From Chthoniobacterales bacterium (lineage in GTDB: Bacteria; Verrucomicrobiota; Verrucomicrobiia; Chthoniobacterales; SZAS-18): a DNA stretch of 64,000 nucleotides. Numbering within the stretch: position 1 is the first letter of the stretch; every line of letters begins with the position of its first letter. Location: contig JBBRQH010000020.1 in NCBI GenBank assembly GCA_038226705.1, positions 4,293 through 68,292 on the forward strand. Reading direction: 5' to 3'. Below are positions 37,860 to 47,292 of this stretch, one piece after another. A model generated the notes under the pieces. The model was not told the DNA's origin. It was given only the letters and a program-made list of their open reading frames with translations, and ran no database searches. The position numbers and the translations under genes are program-made.

Positions 37860-38627
37860 ATGCCGACTCTATTACTCTACGCCTCCGCCGCGTTGTTGCT
37901 TGCCTCGGCGGGGTTGGGCTACATGAACTTTTCGCGGCTCAAGGAGCGCACGACGCAACTCAAGGAGCGCTCGGAAAAGCTTACGAAAACCACGTCCGAT
38001 CTCGGCTCGACCAAGAAGGAGTTGAAGGGTATGCAAGAGCAATTCACGACTTCTGCCGCAAAGGTGACCGCGTTGGAATCGAATCTCGCCCAGGCGAAAA
38101 CGGAGTCGGAACGCGTCAACAGCCAGATCACCGATCTACAGTTGCAGATCGCCGCCAAGCAGACGGAAGTTGAGCAACTCAAGGCGCAGGTGGCGACCGC
38201 CAAACCCGGCGGTGAGCCCGGGGCGCCGGACGAGTCCCAGCGCCGGCTCGTCGAATTGCAGGCCCAAGTGGCGGAGCTGAGCCAGGTGAAGACCAGCCTC
38301 GACGACAAACTGGCCGCGACGGAAAGTCGCGTGCGGGGACTGCAACTTGCCGAACAACGGCGCCAGGTAGGCGTGGCGGCGCGCGGATTGAGCGGTGAAG
38401 TCCTCGCCGTCAATCAATCCTGGAATTTCGTCGTGCTCAACTTGGGAGACCGGCAGGGCGTAACCCCGAACGCGGAAATGCTGGTCATGCGGCGCGGAGC
38501 AATGGTGGGAAAAGTCCGGATCACGTCGGTGGAGCCTTCCCAATCGATCGCCGATATCGTGCCGTCCTCCCTCGCCCCCGGACTCGTCGTCCAACCCGGG
38601 GATCGCGTCATTTATCCCGGCTCGTAA
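37860..38627 (+). CDS. Membrane-anchored coiled-coil protein with a C-terminal beta-rich domain
   Basis: TM anchor LLLYASAALLLASAGLGY and heptad-rich LKERTTQLKERSEKL...QLQIAAKQTEVEQLKAQ. Alternative start at 37821. Confidence 0.6.
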   Translation: MPTLLLYASAALLLASAGLGYMNFSRLKERTTQLKERSEKLTKTTSDLGSTKKELKGMQEQFTTSAAKVTALESNLAQAKTESERVNSQITDLQLQIAAKQTEVEQLKAQVATAKPGGEPGAPDESQRRLVELQAQVAELSQVKTSLDDKLAATESRVRGLQLAEQRRQVGVAARGLSGEVLAVNQSWNFVVLNLGDRQGVTPNAEMLVMRRGAMVGKVRITSVEPSQSIADIVPSSLAPGLVVQPGDRVIYPGS

Positions 38628-38661
38628 TTGACTGCGGCGCCCCTCCGCGCACCGTTCCGAT

Positions 38662-38883
38662 ATGTTGAAAGCCACTGTTGTCCGTTTTGGTCTTCTCCTT
38701 GTTCTCGCGTGCGCACTCGCGGGATTGAGTGCGTGCGAATCTGTGGAATCGACCGACAACTCGAAGTATCTCGCAGACGGCAAGCGGCCGGATACCCTGC
38801 CGTGGAACAAGCCGGAGAAATGGGAAGGCACCGGAGCGCTCGGCGCCATTGCGGGTCAGGACGGGCGATTTGGCGGGCGCTAG
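38662..38883 (+). CDS. Small lipoprotein
   Basis: Lipobox LAGLSAC after a hydrophobic signal segment. Confidence 0.6.
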   Translation: MLKATVVRFGLLLVLACALAGLSACESVESTDNSKYLADGKRPDTLPWNKPEKWEGTGALGAIAGQDGRFGGR

Positions 38884-38953
38884 TGGCAACGCGCGAACTC
38901 GGCGGCGTTTGTCAAAGACGGGCGCGATGCTATCCATGCGCGCCCTTTTCTGA

Positions 38954-41197
38954 ATGACTTCGTCCGCCCTGCCGGTGTTCCACTTTCGACGTCTTAAACG
39001 TCTCTTAGCCGTCGCGCTGGTGGTCCTCCTGGGGTGCGGCCAGATTTCCGCGCAGCAGGAGAATGAGGATCCTTCCGAACTTTTTCTGAAGGCGTTCACG
39101 TCCGTCCAGCAAGGTGAGAAGCTGGAACGCGACGGAAAGATCAAGCTCGCGATCTCCAAGTACCGCTTCGCGTCCACTCTGCTCGAGCAAATCACGCAGC
39201 GAAATCCCAACTGGCAGCCGCTCATCGTCCAGTATCGCACGCGCAAGACGGGCGAAGCCATCCAGCGCGCGGAGCAACGGGCCGCGCTGGAACGCCCGGG
39301 AGACTCCACCGCCTTCGAGGCGGCGCCTACGCCGCCCCCCTTGCCGGCCACCCCACCGCCGACAATCCCGGCCGGAAGACAGCCCCGCTATGTTCCGTCC
39401 GGTGATGGGACCGATCCGCTTCCGACGAACGAGCCGGAGATTCCTGCCAACCGGCGCCTCCCCGTGCCAGCCGCCTTCCCGGCTCAAGCTACGGCTCCGG
39501 AGTCGATCAGCCGCAGCACGCAGGAAGTCTCCTCCAAGCTCGAGAAGCTCCAGCGTCAAAATGAGGAGCTGCGCAAGACCGCGGCGGCAGCCAAGGACGA
39601 GCGGGACAAAATCGAATTGGAACTCCGTTCCCGCGAACTCGAGCTCAAGACCCAAAAGAAAAAGGCGGAGCGCGCGACCACCGAGGTTTCCGATCTCGAA
39701 GGCCAGCTCAAGAGGGCGCAGGAGACACTCAAGGAGGCACTGACGAAGAGCCCCGATGCCGCTGAGACGCGCAAGCAACTCCGCGAACAGATCGGCGAGT
39801 TGAAGAAACAAGTCGTTGAAGCCCAGAATCAGGCGAAATCCTCCGACAAGGAAAAGGAAGAGACGGCGCGGAAGCTCGCCGAGACGACTCAGCGGGTCGA
39901 GGAACTGACCGGGGAACGCGATGCCGCGAACCAGCGGGCCGACGGAGCCCGGGATGCCAACACGCGCATCGACTCGCTCCTCGCCTCAAACTCCGAATTG
40001 CAAATCAAGCTCGAGACCGCCGAAGGCAATGTCCGCCGGCTGAACGCTGCCGCGGAGCAGAAGCAAAGGGAGGCGGAGGCGCTCCGCGGCGAGATTGTCA
40101 GCATTCGCGACCAATTGAAGGCGTCGAAGGACGAGAATGACCGCGCCGCGACTGCGATCACCGAACTGCGGGCCACGCTCGAGCAAACGACCAAAGATCT
40201 CACGGATGTGCGCCTCCGCGGCGTGACCGACGAGGAGATGAAAAAGGCGATGCACGAGCGCGACCTGCTCAAGACGCTGATGATTTCACAGCTCAAGGAA
40301 CAGGCGAAACGCGAGCAATCCGTCAAGTTGCTCACAGCCGAGCTCGACCGGCTCGAGCCCCGCTCGAAAGCACTCTCGGCGCGGGTCGCGGAACTCGGCC
40401 GCCCCACCATCGAGCTGACGGATGAAGTTCGCGCGATGTTCCGCGATACCGAGATTCGCTCCACCGCGGCGCGGGGGACGGTGCTGGAAGGCGCCATCGA
40501 CATCATTCGGCAGCCGGATCGGCGAGACGATCCGAACGCGGCCGACGCGAGCGGAACCGCCCAAAGCTCGCCGCCGACGGGTCCGCAGGTCGAGACCAGT
40601 GTGAATCCGCGCGTGCCGGATGAGTTGCTGCCCCTGGCGCGCGAGATGAAGGATCATCTGGACGCCGGACGGTTCGCAGAGGCGGAAAAGATGTGCGAGC
40701 GCGGGCTGGCCAAGGAGCCGCAGAATTTGTTTCTGCGCTCGAACCTGGGCGTGGCGCAGTTGCGGCAGGGGAAGCTGCGCCAGGCGGAGATCACGTTGAA
40801 ACGCGCGCTGACGGCGAGTCCCGACGATGCCTTTGCGCGCTCCGCGCTCGGGATCGTTTACTACCGCGGCAACAAGCTCGACGAGGCCATCGAACAATTG
40901 ACGAAAGCCATCGCGCTCGATCCCAAGAGCCCCTCCGCCCACAATCACTTGGGCATCGTGGCCGGGCGCAAAGGCTGGCCGGAAGCAGCCGAGCAGGAAT
41001 TCAAGAAGGCGATCGCGCTCCATCCGAGTTACGCCGATGCGCATTTCAATCTGGCGGTCGTGTACGCCACGAACCAACCGCCGTCCCGCCAACTGGCGGA
41101 TCAGCACTATCGCAAGGCCACCGCGCTCGGCGCCACGCCTGATCCTGCGCTGGAGCGGCTGATCCGCGACACCGGGACCGCCAAGGCCGGGAACTAA
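38954..41197 (+). CDS. Secreted long coiled-coil protein with C-terminal TPR repeats
   Basis: Signal segment LLAVALVVLLGCGQISAQQ, about 350 aa of E/K/R/Q-rich heptads, then TPR-like AHNHLGIVAGRKGWPEAAEQEFKKAIALHPSYADAHFNLAVVY. Confidence 0.75.
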   Translation: MTSSALPVFHFRRLKRLLAVALVVLLGCGQISAQQENEDPSELFLKAFTSVQQGEKLERDGKIKLAISKYRFASTLLEQITQRNPNWQPLIVQYRTRKTGEAIQRAEQRAALERPGDSTAFEAAPTPPPLPATPPPTIPAGRQPRYVPSGDGTDPLPTNEPEIPANRRLPVPAAFPAQATAPESISRSTQEVSSKLEKLQRQNEELRKTAAAAKDERDKIELELRSRELELKTQKKKAERATTEVSDLEGQLKRAQETLKEALTKSPDAAETRKQLREQIGELKKQVVEAQNQAKSSDKEKEETARKLAETTQRVEELTGERDAANQRADGARDANTRIDSLLASNSELQIKLETAEGNVRRLNAAAEQKQREAEALRGEIVSIRDQLKASKDENDRAATAITELRATLEQTTKDLTDVRLRGVTDEEMKKAMHERDLLKTLMISQLKEQAKREQSVKLLTAELDRLEPRSKALSARVAELGRPTIELTDEVRAMFRDTEIRSTAARGTVLEGAIDIIRQPDRRDDPNAADASGTAQSSPPTGPQVETSVNPRVPDELLPLAREMKDHLDAGRFAEAEKMCERGLAKEPQNLFLRSNLGVAQLRQGKLRQAEITLKRALTASPDDAFARSALGIVYYRGNKLDEAIEQLTKAIALDPKSPSAHNHLGIVAGRKGWPEAAEQEFKKAIALHPSYADAHFNLAVVYATNQPPSRQLADQHYRKATALGATPDPALERLIRDTGTAKAGN

Positions 41198-41262
41198 GCC
41201 ATGAGAAAAGCTTACGCGCGCCTGGACGCCACTCCGCCGCCGTTTCCGTCCTCCGCCCCCTG

Positions 41263-41919
41263 ATGTCTTACGTACTCGAAGCCCAGAAGCGCCGCGCGGC
41301 GCGGATCGCGATGGTTGCGATGGTCTGCGCGGTGCTCTGTGCGGATGGAATCTTCGTCGCGCGCCTTCTCTACACGGGTGGGTCTTTCACCGGCTCATTC
41401 ATCTCCCATCTCGTGCGCGGACCGCATGCCTGGGTGGCCATGGCGTCGCTTGGCTGCTGGGCGCTGGCCTGTTTCTTCACCTCTTTCGCGGTGGGTGCCG
41501 CCTTGCACCCGACCCCTTGGGTGCCGGCGGGGTTGCTCCTGCTGCGCTTGCAGGGCGTTGCGCTCGCGCTCCTCGCGTTATCGCCGCCGGGGAGCGGCGT
41601 GGAGGCAAGTTCGCTCGCCACGATCCTGCATACGGTCGGGTATTTTGCGTCCTTCTTTTTTGGGGCGTTTGCCGCGCTCGTGCTCGCCTCGGCCTTTCGC
41701 TGGGATCCCGATTGGATTGCTCTGCGCTACCCGGCGCGCGCGGTTTCCTTTCTCCTGATCGCCTTGACGGGCGGGCTCATGCTCTGGCCGCCGGAGAATG
41801 TGGCGTGGTGGGAAATCGGTTCCATCGCCACCACCCTTTTGTGGCTTCTCCTTTGCGGGGTGGGCACGTTGCGCGCCGTTCGCTGGTTTCGCCTGCCGTG
41901 GGAAAGCCGGCCGCGCTAG
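41263..41919 (+). CDS. Integral membrane hypothetical protein (about 6 TM)
   Basis: Alternating hydrophobic segments. The other-frame ORFs over the same DNA are Arg-rich. Confidence 0.6.
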   Translation: MSYVLEAQKRRAARIAMVAMVCAVLCADGIFVARLLYTGGSFTGSFISHLVRGPHAWVAMASLGCWALACFFTSFAVGAALHPTPWVPAGLLLLRLQGVALALLALSPPGSGVEASSLATILHTVGYFASFFFGAFAALVLASAFRWDPDWIALRYPARAVSFLLIALTGGLMLWPPENVAWWEIGSIATTLLWLLLCGVGTLRAVRWFRLPWESRPR

Positions 41920-41988
41920 TGGGGATCATTCTGCTTTGCCGGAGCAGTTTGAGTTGATCGCGCAACGTCCCGCGATAGAACTCGGGCC

Positions 41989-42360
41989 ATGTCCCCCTTC
42001 GTTTCCCGTGTTTTCTGGATCGCGGCGCTCTACGGCATTTTGGCCATCCCCCCGCAGTTCTTTCTCGAGGCGAAGACCGGCCGCGACTTCCCGCCGGCGA
42101 TCACGCATCCCGAATTCTTTTACGCTTTCCTCGGGGTCGCGTTTGCCTGGCAGCTCGCGTTCGTGCTCATCGCCCGGGACCCGGTTCGTTATCGCCCGAT
42201 GATGATCCCGGGGCTGCTCGAAAAGGTCGCCTTTGGCGCCGCCGCGGTCGTGCTTTTCTCGCTCGGGCGTTGCGGCTGGATGCCACTGGCGGCCGGCTGC
42301 GTGGATCTGCTCTTCGCTCTGCTCATGTTCCTCGCCTGGCAGCGCACGCCCAGGCGGTGA
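41989..42360 (+). CDS. Small integral membrane protein (4 TM)
   Basis: MSPFVSRVFWIAALYGILAIPP..., hydrophobic throughout. Confidence 0.6.
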   Translation: MSPFVSRVFWIAALYGILAIPPQFFLEAKTGRDFPPAITHPEFFYAFLGVAFAWQLAFVLIARDPVRYRPMMIPGLLEKVAFGAAAVVLFSLGRCGWMPLAAGCVDLLFALLMFLAWQRTPRR

Positions 42361-42368
42361 CGTCAACG

Positions 42369-43361
42369 CTACTTCGTCGCCGCGCGGAAGAGGCGGTCGT
42401 TGATCGCGACTCCCAGACCTTCGGGGGGTGCGGATTCGGCCTCGATCAATTCAAGCCCCGCCGCATCCAGCCGACGGAGCGCAGCAAAAAGATTGGCTGC
42501 AGCCGCGCGTAGATCGCCCTCGGGAGAGAGGACCTCCACGAGCACATAGCCCGCCTGCTGCCCCCCCGCCCGAAAGGCCAGCAATCCCTTCCGCGCCGCG
42601 GGCTCCGCGTCTTCGGCCCCGAGGAGCCGCAGGCGCGTGGTTGGGGCGTAATGGGAATCGAGCTGGCCGGGCGCCACCGGCAGAGCATCACCCCGCGCAA
42701 CCGCCCGCACGGGTCCAAAACGCACCAGCATTTCCACCGTGATCGGACCGGGGCGCAACACTTCCATCTCTCCCTCATCGGTGACCCGCACGATCGTCGA
42801 TTCGATGCCATGAGCGGTCGGTCCGGCTTCGAGCACAAGCGGTATGCGCCCGGAAAGTTCCTCGAAGGCGTGCGCCCCGGTGGTCGGACTGATGCGGCCG
42901 AAGCGATTTGCGCTCGGGGCCGCGAGCGGACGGTCGAAGGCAAGCAGCACGGCGCGAAGAACCGGATGCGCGCTCATGCGGACTGCGACCGTCGGGAGAC
43001 CAGCCGCGACCAGGTCGGGCACGCTCTCGACCTCACGCGGCAAAACGAGCGTAAGAGGCCCGGGCCAAAACGCCGTGGTGAGCTCGCCCACGACACGCGC
43101 ACCACGGTCTCCGAGTGGACGCGTGAGACGCGCCAGCCAGTCGTGCGTGGGCAGGTGACAGATGAGCGGATCGAAAAACGGGCGTTCTTTCGCTTCGAAA
43201 ATCCGCGCGACAGCGGTCGGATTGAGCGCATCGGCCGCGAGTCCGTAGACGGTTTCACTGGGAACAACGATGGGTTCGCCGCGGGCGAGTTCGCGCACCG
43301 CGACGAGCACGGCCGCCTGGATCTCAGCCTCGGTTTGGGCGGGAAGCAGTTCCGTGATCAC
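42369..43361 (-). CDS. tsaC: L-threonylcarbamoyladenylate synthase (Sua5/YwlC type, with Sua5 C-terminal domain)
   Basis: PSETVYGLAADA...KERPFFDPLICH...WPGPLTLVL...PSANRFGRISPT. Confidence 0.9.
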   Translation of the reverse strand: MITELLPAQTEAEIQAAVLVAVRELARGEPIVVPSETVYGLAADALNPTAVARIFEAKERPFFDPLICHLPTHDWLARLTRPLGDRGARVVGELTTAFWPGPLTLVLPREVESVPDLVAAGLPTVAVRMSAHPVLRAVLLAFDRPLAAPSANRFGRISPTTGAHAFEELSGRIPLVLEAGPTAHGIESTIVRVTDEGEMEVLRPGPITVEMLVRFGPVRAVARGDALPVAPGQLDSHYAPTTRLRLLGAEDAEPAARKGLLAFRAGGQQAGYVLVEVLSPEGDLRAAAANLFAALRRLDAAGLELIEAESAPPEGLGVAINDRLFRAATK

Positions 43362-43792
43362 TTCAAATCGGGCAGGGTCTGACCAAGCACCGTCTGGGTC
43401 TGGCGCGCGCGAAAGGAGTCGAGAAATTCACGCCGCCCAAAATCGCCAGCCGAAGCGAGCGCCGCAATGATGAAGAGCGCCGCATTGCGCGCGCCAGGCT
43501 CGCCCAAGGCAAAAGTGGCGACGGCTGCCGCCGGAGCCGTGCAGAGCCGGTCCAGTCCTGCGACGGGCCCCTCCCCCACGGGTACCCAGAGCGCTATCGC
43601 GTCCACCCGCTTCTGCGCAAAATCCGCGGGCTCGGAGCCATCGCCACCGAGAAAAACGTGGAAGGGCGCGGACGCCGCGGCATCTGCATCTGCCACGTGG
43701 ACACCGGCTTCGGACAGTAGAGTTCGCATAATTCGGGCGAGCCTTTCCGGCTCCTTCCCTCCCTTCGGTATAATCACAGCCCACGAATTCAT
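43358..43792 (-). CDS. Degenerate PurE/AIR-carboxylase-like protein (144 aa)
   Basis: The C-terminal half ALWVPVGEGPVAGLDRL...TFALGEPGARNAALFIIAAL...FRARQTQTV aligns by eye to the PurE C-terminus. The SAHR and GGAAHLPG motifs are absent. ATGA overlap with tsaC. Confidence 0.5.
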   Translation of the reverse strand: MNSWAVIIPKGGKEPERLARIMRTLLSEAGVHVADADAAASAPFHVFLGGDGSEPADFAQKRVDAIALWVPVGEGPVAGLDRLCTAPAAAVATFALGEPGARNAALFIIAALASAGDFGRREFLDSFRARQTQTVLGQTLPDLK

Positions 43793-43939
43793 GATTGCCA
43801 GCACGTTACAGAATCTGCATGAAAGCACCAAGCACGTCGTCTCCAAGCCGTCCCACCCCGGCTTGCAGGACGGGTGTTTGCTCCCCAAGAGCGTTTGCTG
43901 CAGCCCTCCCAGACCACCACCCATCACTCCCAGTCTGTC

Positions 43940-44161
43940 ATGGAAACCGCCGTAAAATGTCGAGGAACCGTTAAATGGTTTAATGCAAAGAAAGGCTTTG
44001 GCTTCATCAATGATCCCGAAGTGCCGGGCGATATCTTCGTCCACTTTTCCGTGATTCAAACGGATGGATTTCGCACTCTCAATGAAGGCGAGTCCGTCGA
44101 ATACGAACTCTTCACGGACGAAAAGGGCTCGAAGGCTCGCAACGTGGTCCGCATCAGCTAG
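43940..44161 (+). CDS. Cold-shock (CSD) protein
   Basis: GTVKWFNAKKGFGFI (RNP1) and DIFVHFS (RNP2). Confidence 0.92.
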   Translation: METAVKCRGTVKWFNAKKGFGFINDPEVPGDIFVHFSVIQTDGFRTLNEGESVEYELFTDEKGSKARNVVRIS

Positions 44162-44170
44162 GCTCGGCGG

Positions 44171-44731
44171 GTGACCCCGCCGCGGCCCGTCGTGATCGGC
44201 AGCGTGATCCTCATCGGTCCGATGGGGAGCGGAAAATCGTCGGCCGCTCGCTCGCTCGCTTCGCTCCTCGGGCATCGGTTTTCCGATACCGATCGCCTCG
44301 TCGTGCAACGGGCCGGTCAGCGCGTCTCCGAGATTTTCGACCGCGAAGGCGAAGCTGCGTTTCGCCAGCGTGAGCGGGAAGCGTTGCTGGAACTCAAAGG
44401 CTGGTCGCGCCACGTCATCGCAACGGGGGGCGGGATCGTGGAGACTCCCGAAAATGTCGAGACCCTCCGCAGCATGGGCTGCGTCGTCTGGTTGCGCGCT
44501 TCGCTCGAAGTGCTTTGGCGCCGTGTTGCCACGGACATGAATCGTCCGCTGCTGCAGGTGCTCGATCCCCGCGCCGCCCTCGCGCAAACCGTCGCGAAAC
44601 GCGAGCCGCTCTATTCGGCGGCGGCGCACGTAAGCGTCGACACCTCCGGGCTCACCGCCCAGCAGGTCGTGACCTCGGTGCATGAGCTCGTCGTCTCGTT
44701 TTTCCTGGCTTCCCGACCTCCCGCGGCGTGA
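44171..44731 (+). CDS. aroK: Shikimate kinase
   Basis: LIGPMGSGKSS P-loop, DTDRLV, GEAAFRQRE, ATGGG. Confidence 0.88.
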   Translation: MTPPRPVVIGSVILIGPMGSGKSSAARSLASLLGHRFSDTDRLVVQRAGQRVSEIFDREGEAAFRQREREALLELKGWSRHVIATGGGIVETPENVETLRSMGCVVWLRASLEVLWRRVATDMNRPLLQVLDPRAALAQTVAKREPLYSAAAHVSVDTSGLTAQQVVTSVHELVVSFFLASRPPAA

Positions 44732-45762
44732 GCGACGCCCTCCAGCTCAAGCAGGACCTCGCGGCTCGGGCGGCCGCGCTCGGTTTCGCGCTCTGTCGAT
44801 GTGCGCGCGCCGCCGCGCCGCCCCACACCGCGGAGTTCGCGCGCTGGCTGGGGGCGGGTCAGGCGGGAGACATGACGCCGTGGCTGGAGCGCAGCCGGGA
44901 GCGCCGCTCCAATCCCAACCTCGTGCTCGCGGGCGTACAAACCATCGTGGTTCTCGCGCTCAACTACTGGCAAGGCGAGGAGCCGCCGCCGGGCGGACGG
45001 ATTGCGCGCTATGCCTGGGGGGACGACTACCACGAACTCATCGCCGGGCGCCTGGCTGAATTGGACAAGCTCCTAGCCACGCACGGGGGAATCCAGCGCT
45101 GTTACGTGGATACGGGGCCGGTGCTCGAACGCGACTTCGCGGCGGAAGCCGGGATCGGCTGGCACGGGAAAAGCACGATGCTCATTCACCCGCAGCTCGG
45201 CACGTGGTTCCTGCTCGCGGAGATCCTGACCACGCTGGCCCTGCCGGCCGACGAGCCCCTGCCCGATCGCTGCGGGCGCTGCACCCGCTGCCTCGATGCG
45301 TGTCCGACGGGGGCCATCTCGCGCACCCGCCCACATCATCTCGACGCGCGGCGGTGCATCTCCTATCTGACGATCGAGCACAAAGGAGCCATTCCCGAAG
45401 AATTCCGCGAGGCGCTGGGGAACCGCATCTACGGTTGCGATGATTGTCTCGACGCGTGCCCGTGGAACCGCTTTGCCACCGCCTCGCGTGAAGCATCTTT
45501 CCAGGCCCGGACGGCGACGCGCGGAGTGCCGCTCCGGCGGTATCTCGCCTTGGATGACGCAGAATTTCGCGAGTGGTTTCGGGGCTCGCCCATCAAACGT
45601 GCAAAGCGCCGCGGTTTCCTCCGCAATGTGTGCGTCGCCCTCGGGAATACGGGCTCACCGGAGGACCTGCCGGCCCTGGAGGAGGCCGCGCGCGACCCGG
45701 AACCGCTCATCGCGGAACACGCCACGTGGGCGATCGCGCAGATCAAGCGACGTGCGGAGTGA
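44728..45762 (+). CDS. queG: tRNA epoxyqueuosine(34) reductase
   Basis: CGRCTRCLDACPTGAI and YGCDDCLDACPWN ferredoxin motifs plus C-terminal HEAT-like repeats. GTGA overlap with aroK. Confidence 0.88.
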   Translation: MSDALQLKQDLAARAAALGFALCRCARAAAPPHTAEFARWLGAGQAGDMTPWLERSRERRSNPNLVLAGVQTIVVLALNYWQGEEPPPGGRIARYAWGDDYHELIAGRLAELDKLLATHGGIQRCYVDTGPVLERDFAAEAGIGWHGKSTMLIHPQLGTWFLLAEILTTLALPADEPLPDRCGRCTRCLDACPTGAISRTRPHHLDARRCISYLTIEHKGAIPEEFREALGNRIYGCDDCLDACPWNRFATASREASFQARTATRGVPLRRYLALDDAEFREWFRGSPIKRAKRRGFLRNVCVALGNTGSPEDLPALEEAARDPEPLIAEHATWAIAQIKRRAE

Positions 45763-45801
45763 CTTGACTTCGCGGGACTCCGCGGACAACTCGGCGGCCC
45801 C

Positions 45802-47292
45802 ATGAAACGCGTGGCCGTCATCGGTGCGGGCGTGGGCGGCCTCGCCGCCTCGCTTCGGCTCGCGCATGCGGGCATGCGGGTGACGCTCTTCGAGCGCAAC
45901 GCTTCGCTCGGGGGCAAACTCGGCTGGCTCGAATGCGACGGTTACTCGTGGGACACGGGGCCTTCCCTCCTGACGATGCCGCACGTCTTCGAGGAGCTTT
46001 TTGCGGCGGTCGGGCGGCGGCTGCAGGACTACGTGGACCTGATTCGGCTGGAATCCACCTGCCGTTATCATTGGACCGATGGCACCGTCATCGATGAGAA
46101 CGCGGAGTTTTGGCGGCGGCCCGACGTCGAACAGTTTCTGCGCTACGCGAGAGGTCTCTACGACCTCTCTTCCGATGCTTTCCTGAACCACCCCCTGGAA
46201 GACTGGTGGCGCCAGCTCACCCCGGGATTTCTTCCGCGACTGCGCCACCTGCCCAAGATCGCCTCGATGCGCTCGATGGCGGAAAAAGTCCGAACTTTTT
46301 TTCCCAAGGACTTCCATCTGCAGCAGCTCTTCAATCGCTTCGCCACCTACAACGGATCCTCCCCGTACCTCACGCCGGCCGCCTTCAACATCATCCCCTA
46401 CGTCCAGGCGAAATTCGGGGGCTGGTACGTGCGCGGTGGACTGCATAGCCTGGCCCAGGCGCTCGGAAAGGCAGCGGTTGAAATGGGCGTGGAAATCCGC
46501 ACGGCGTGCGAAGTTCATCGCAGCGAATCGCTCGACAACGGCGTCAGCGGCTGGACGCTGGTCAGCGACGCCGGCGAGGAAAAATTCGATGTGGTGGTCT
46601 GCAATCAGGATGTGCTCACAGCCACCCGGCGCTTCCTCCCGCGTGACCTGAACGAACAATTCCGCCGCACCCACCTCGGCGTCCTACCGCTCTCAACCTC
46701 GGGATTCATCCTCTACCTCGGGGTGCGCGGGCAACACTCCCGCCTCGCGCATCACAACATTTTTTTCTCGAACGACTACCCGCGCGAATTCGCGCAGATG
46801 CACGAGGAGAAGCGCCCGGCCGATGACCCCACGATCTACGTATGCATCCATTCCAAGTCTGATCCCGCCCGCGCCCCGGCCGGCTGCGAGAATTGGTTCG
46901 TGCTCGTGAACGCGCCGGCGGTCGACGATCGCGTCGGCCCCGATTGGGGAAACTTGCGCGAGTCGTACGCGGAGCACCTCCTCAATCTGCTGGAGACGCG
47001 CTGTGGTTTTCCCGGTCTGCGCCAGCAAATTGCCGTCCGCGAAGTCTTCACCCCGGCAGATCTCGAAACCCGCTTTCTCGCCCATCGCGGTGCGCTCTAC
47101 GGCTTCGCGTCACATGGCGTCATGAGTGCCTTTCGCCGCCCCCGCCTCGAGCCCCAGGGCGTCTCGAACTTCTACTTCGTCGGCGGTTCCACTCATCCTG
47201 GCGGCGGTCTGCCGCTGGTCGCGCTGAGCGGAAAGATGATCGCGGAACGCATTCTTCGCCGGGCCAATCCGGGAGACGCCTCGCCCCGATGA
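45802..47292 (+). CDS. Phytoene-desaturase-family (CrtI/CrtD-like) FAD oxidoreductase
   Basis: VAVIGAGVGGLAASLRLAHAGMRVTLFERNASLGGK dinucleotide fold, and C-terminal FYFVGGSTHPGGGLP. Confidence 0.85.
   Translation: MKRVAVIGAGVGGLAASLRLAHAGMRVTLFERNASLGGKLGWLECDGYSWDTGPSLLTMPHVFEELFAAVGRRLQDYVDLIRLESTCRYHWTDGTVIDENAEFWRRPDVEQFLRYARGLYDLSSDAFLNHPLEDWWRQLTPGFLPRLRHLPKIASMRSMAEKVRTFFPKDFHLQQLFNRFATYNGSSPYLTPAAFNIIPYVQAKFGGWYVRGGLHSLAQALGKAAVEMGVEIRTACEVHRSESLDNGVSGWTLVSDAGEEKFDVVVCNQDVLTATRRFLPRDLNEQFRRTHLGVLPLSTSGFILYLGVRGQHSRLAHHNIFFSNDYPREFAQMHEEKRPADDPTIYVCIHSKSDPARAPAGCENWFVLVNAPAVDDRVGPDWGNLRESYAEHLLNLLETRCGFPGLRQQIAVREVFTPADLETRFLAHRGALYGFASHGVMSAFRRPRLEPQGVSNFYFVGGSTHPGGGLPLVALSGKMIAERILRRANPGDASPR

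Noticed and set aside
43793-44683. Upper part of the 441-aa minus ORF 43358..44683
   Set aside because: It overlaps the csp and aroK genes on the opposite strand. Only the last 144 codons (from ATG 43792) look like a real protein.
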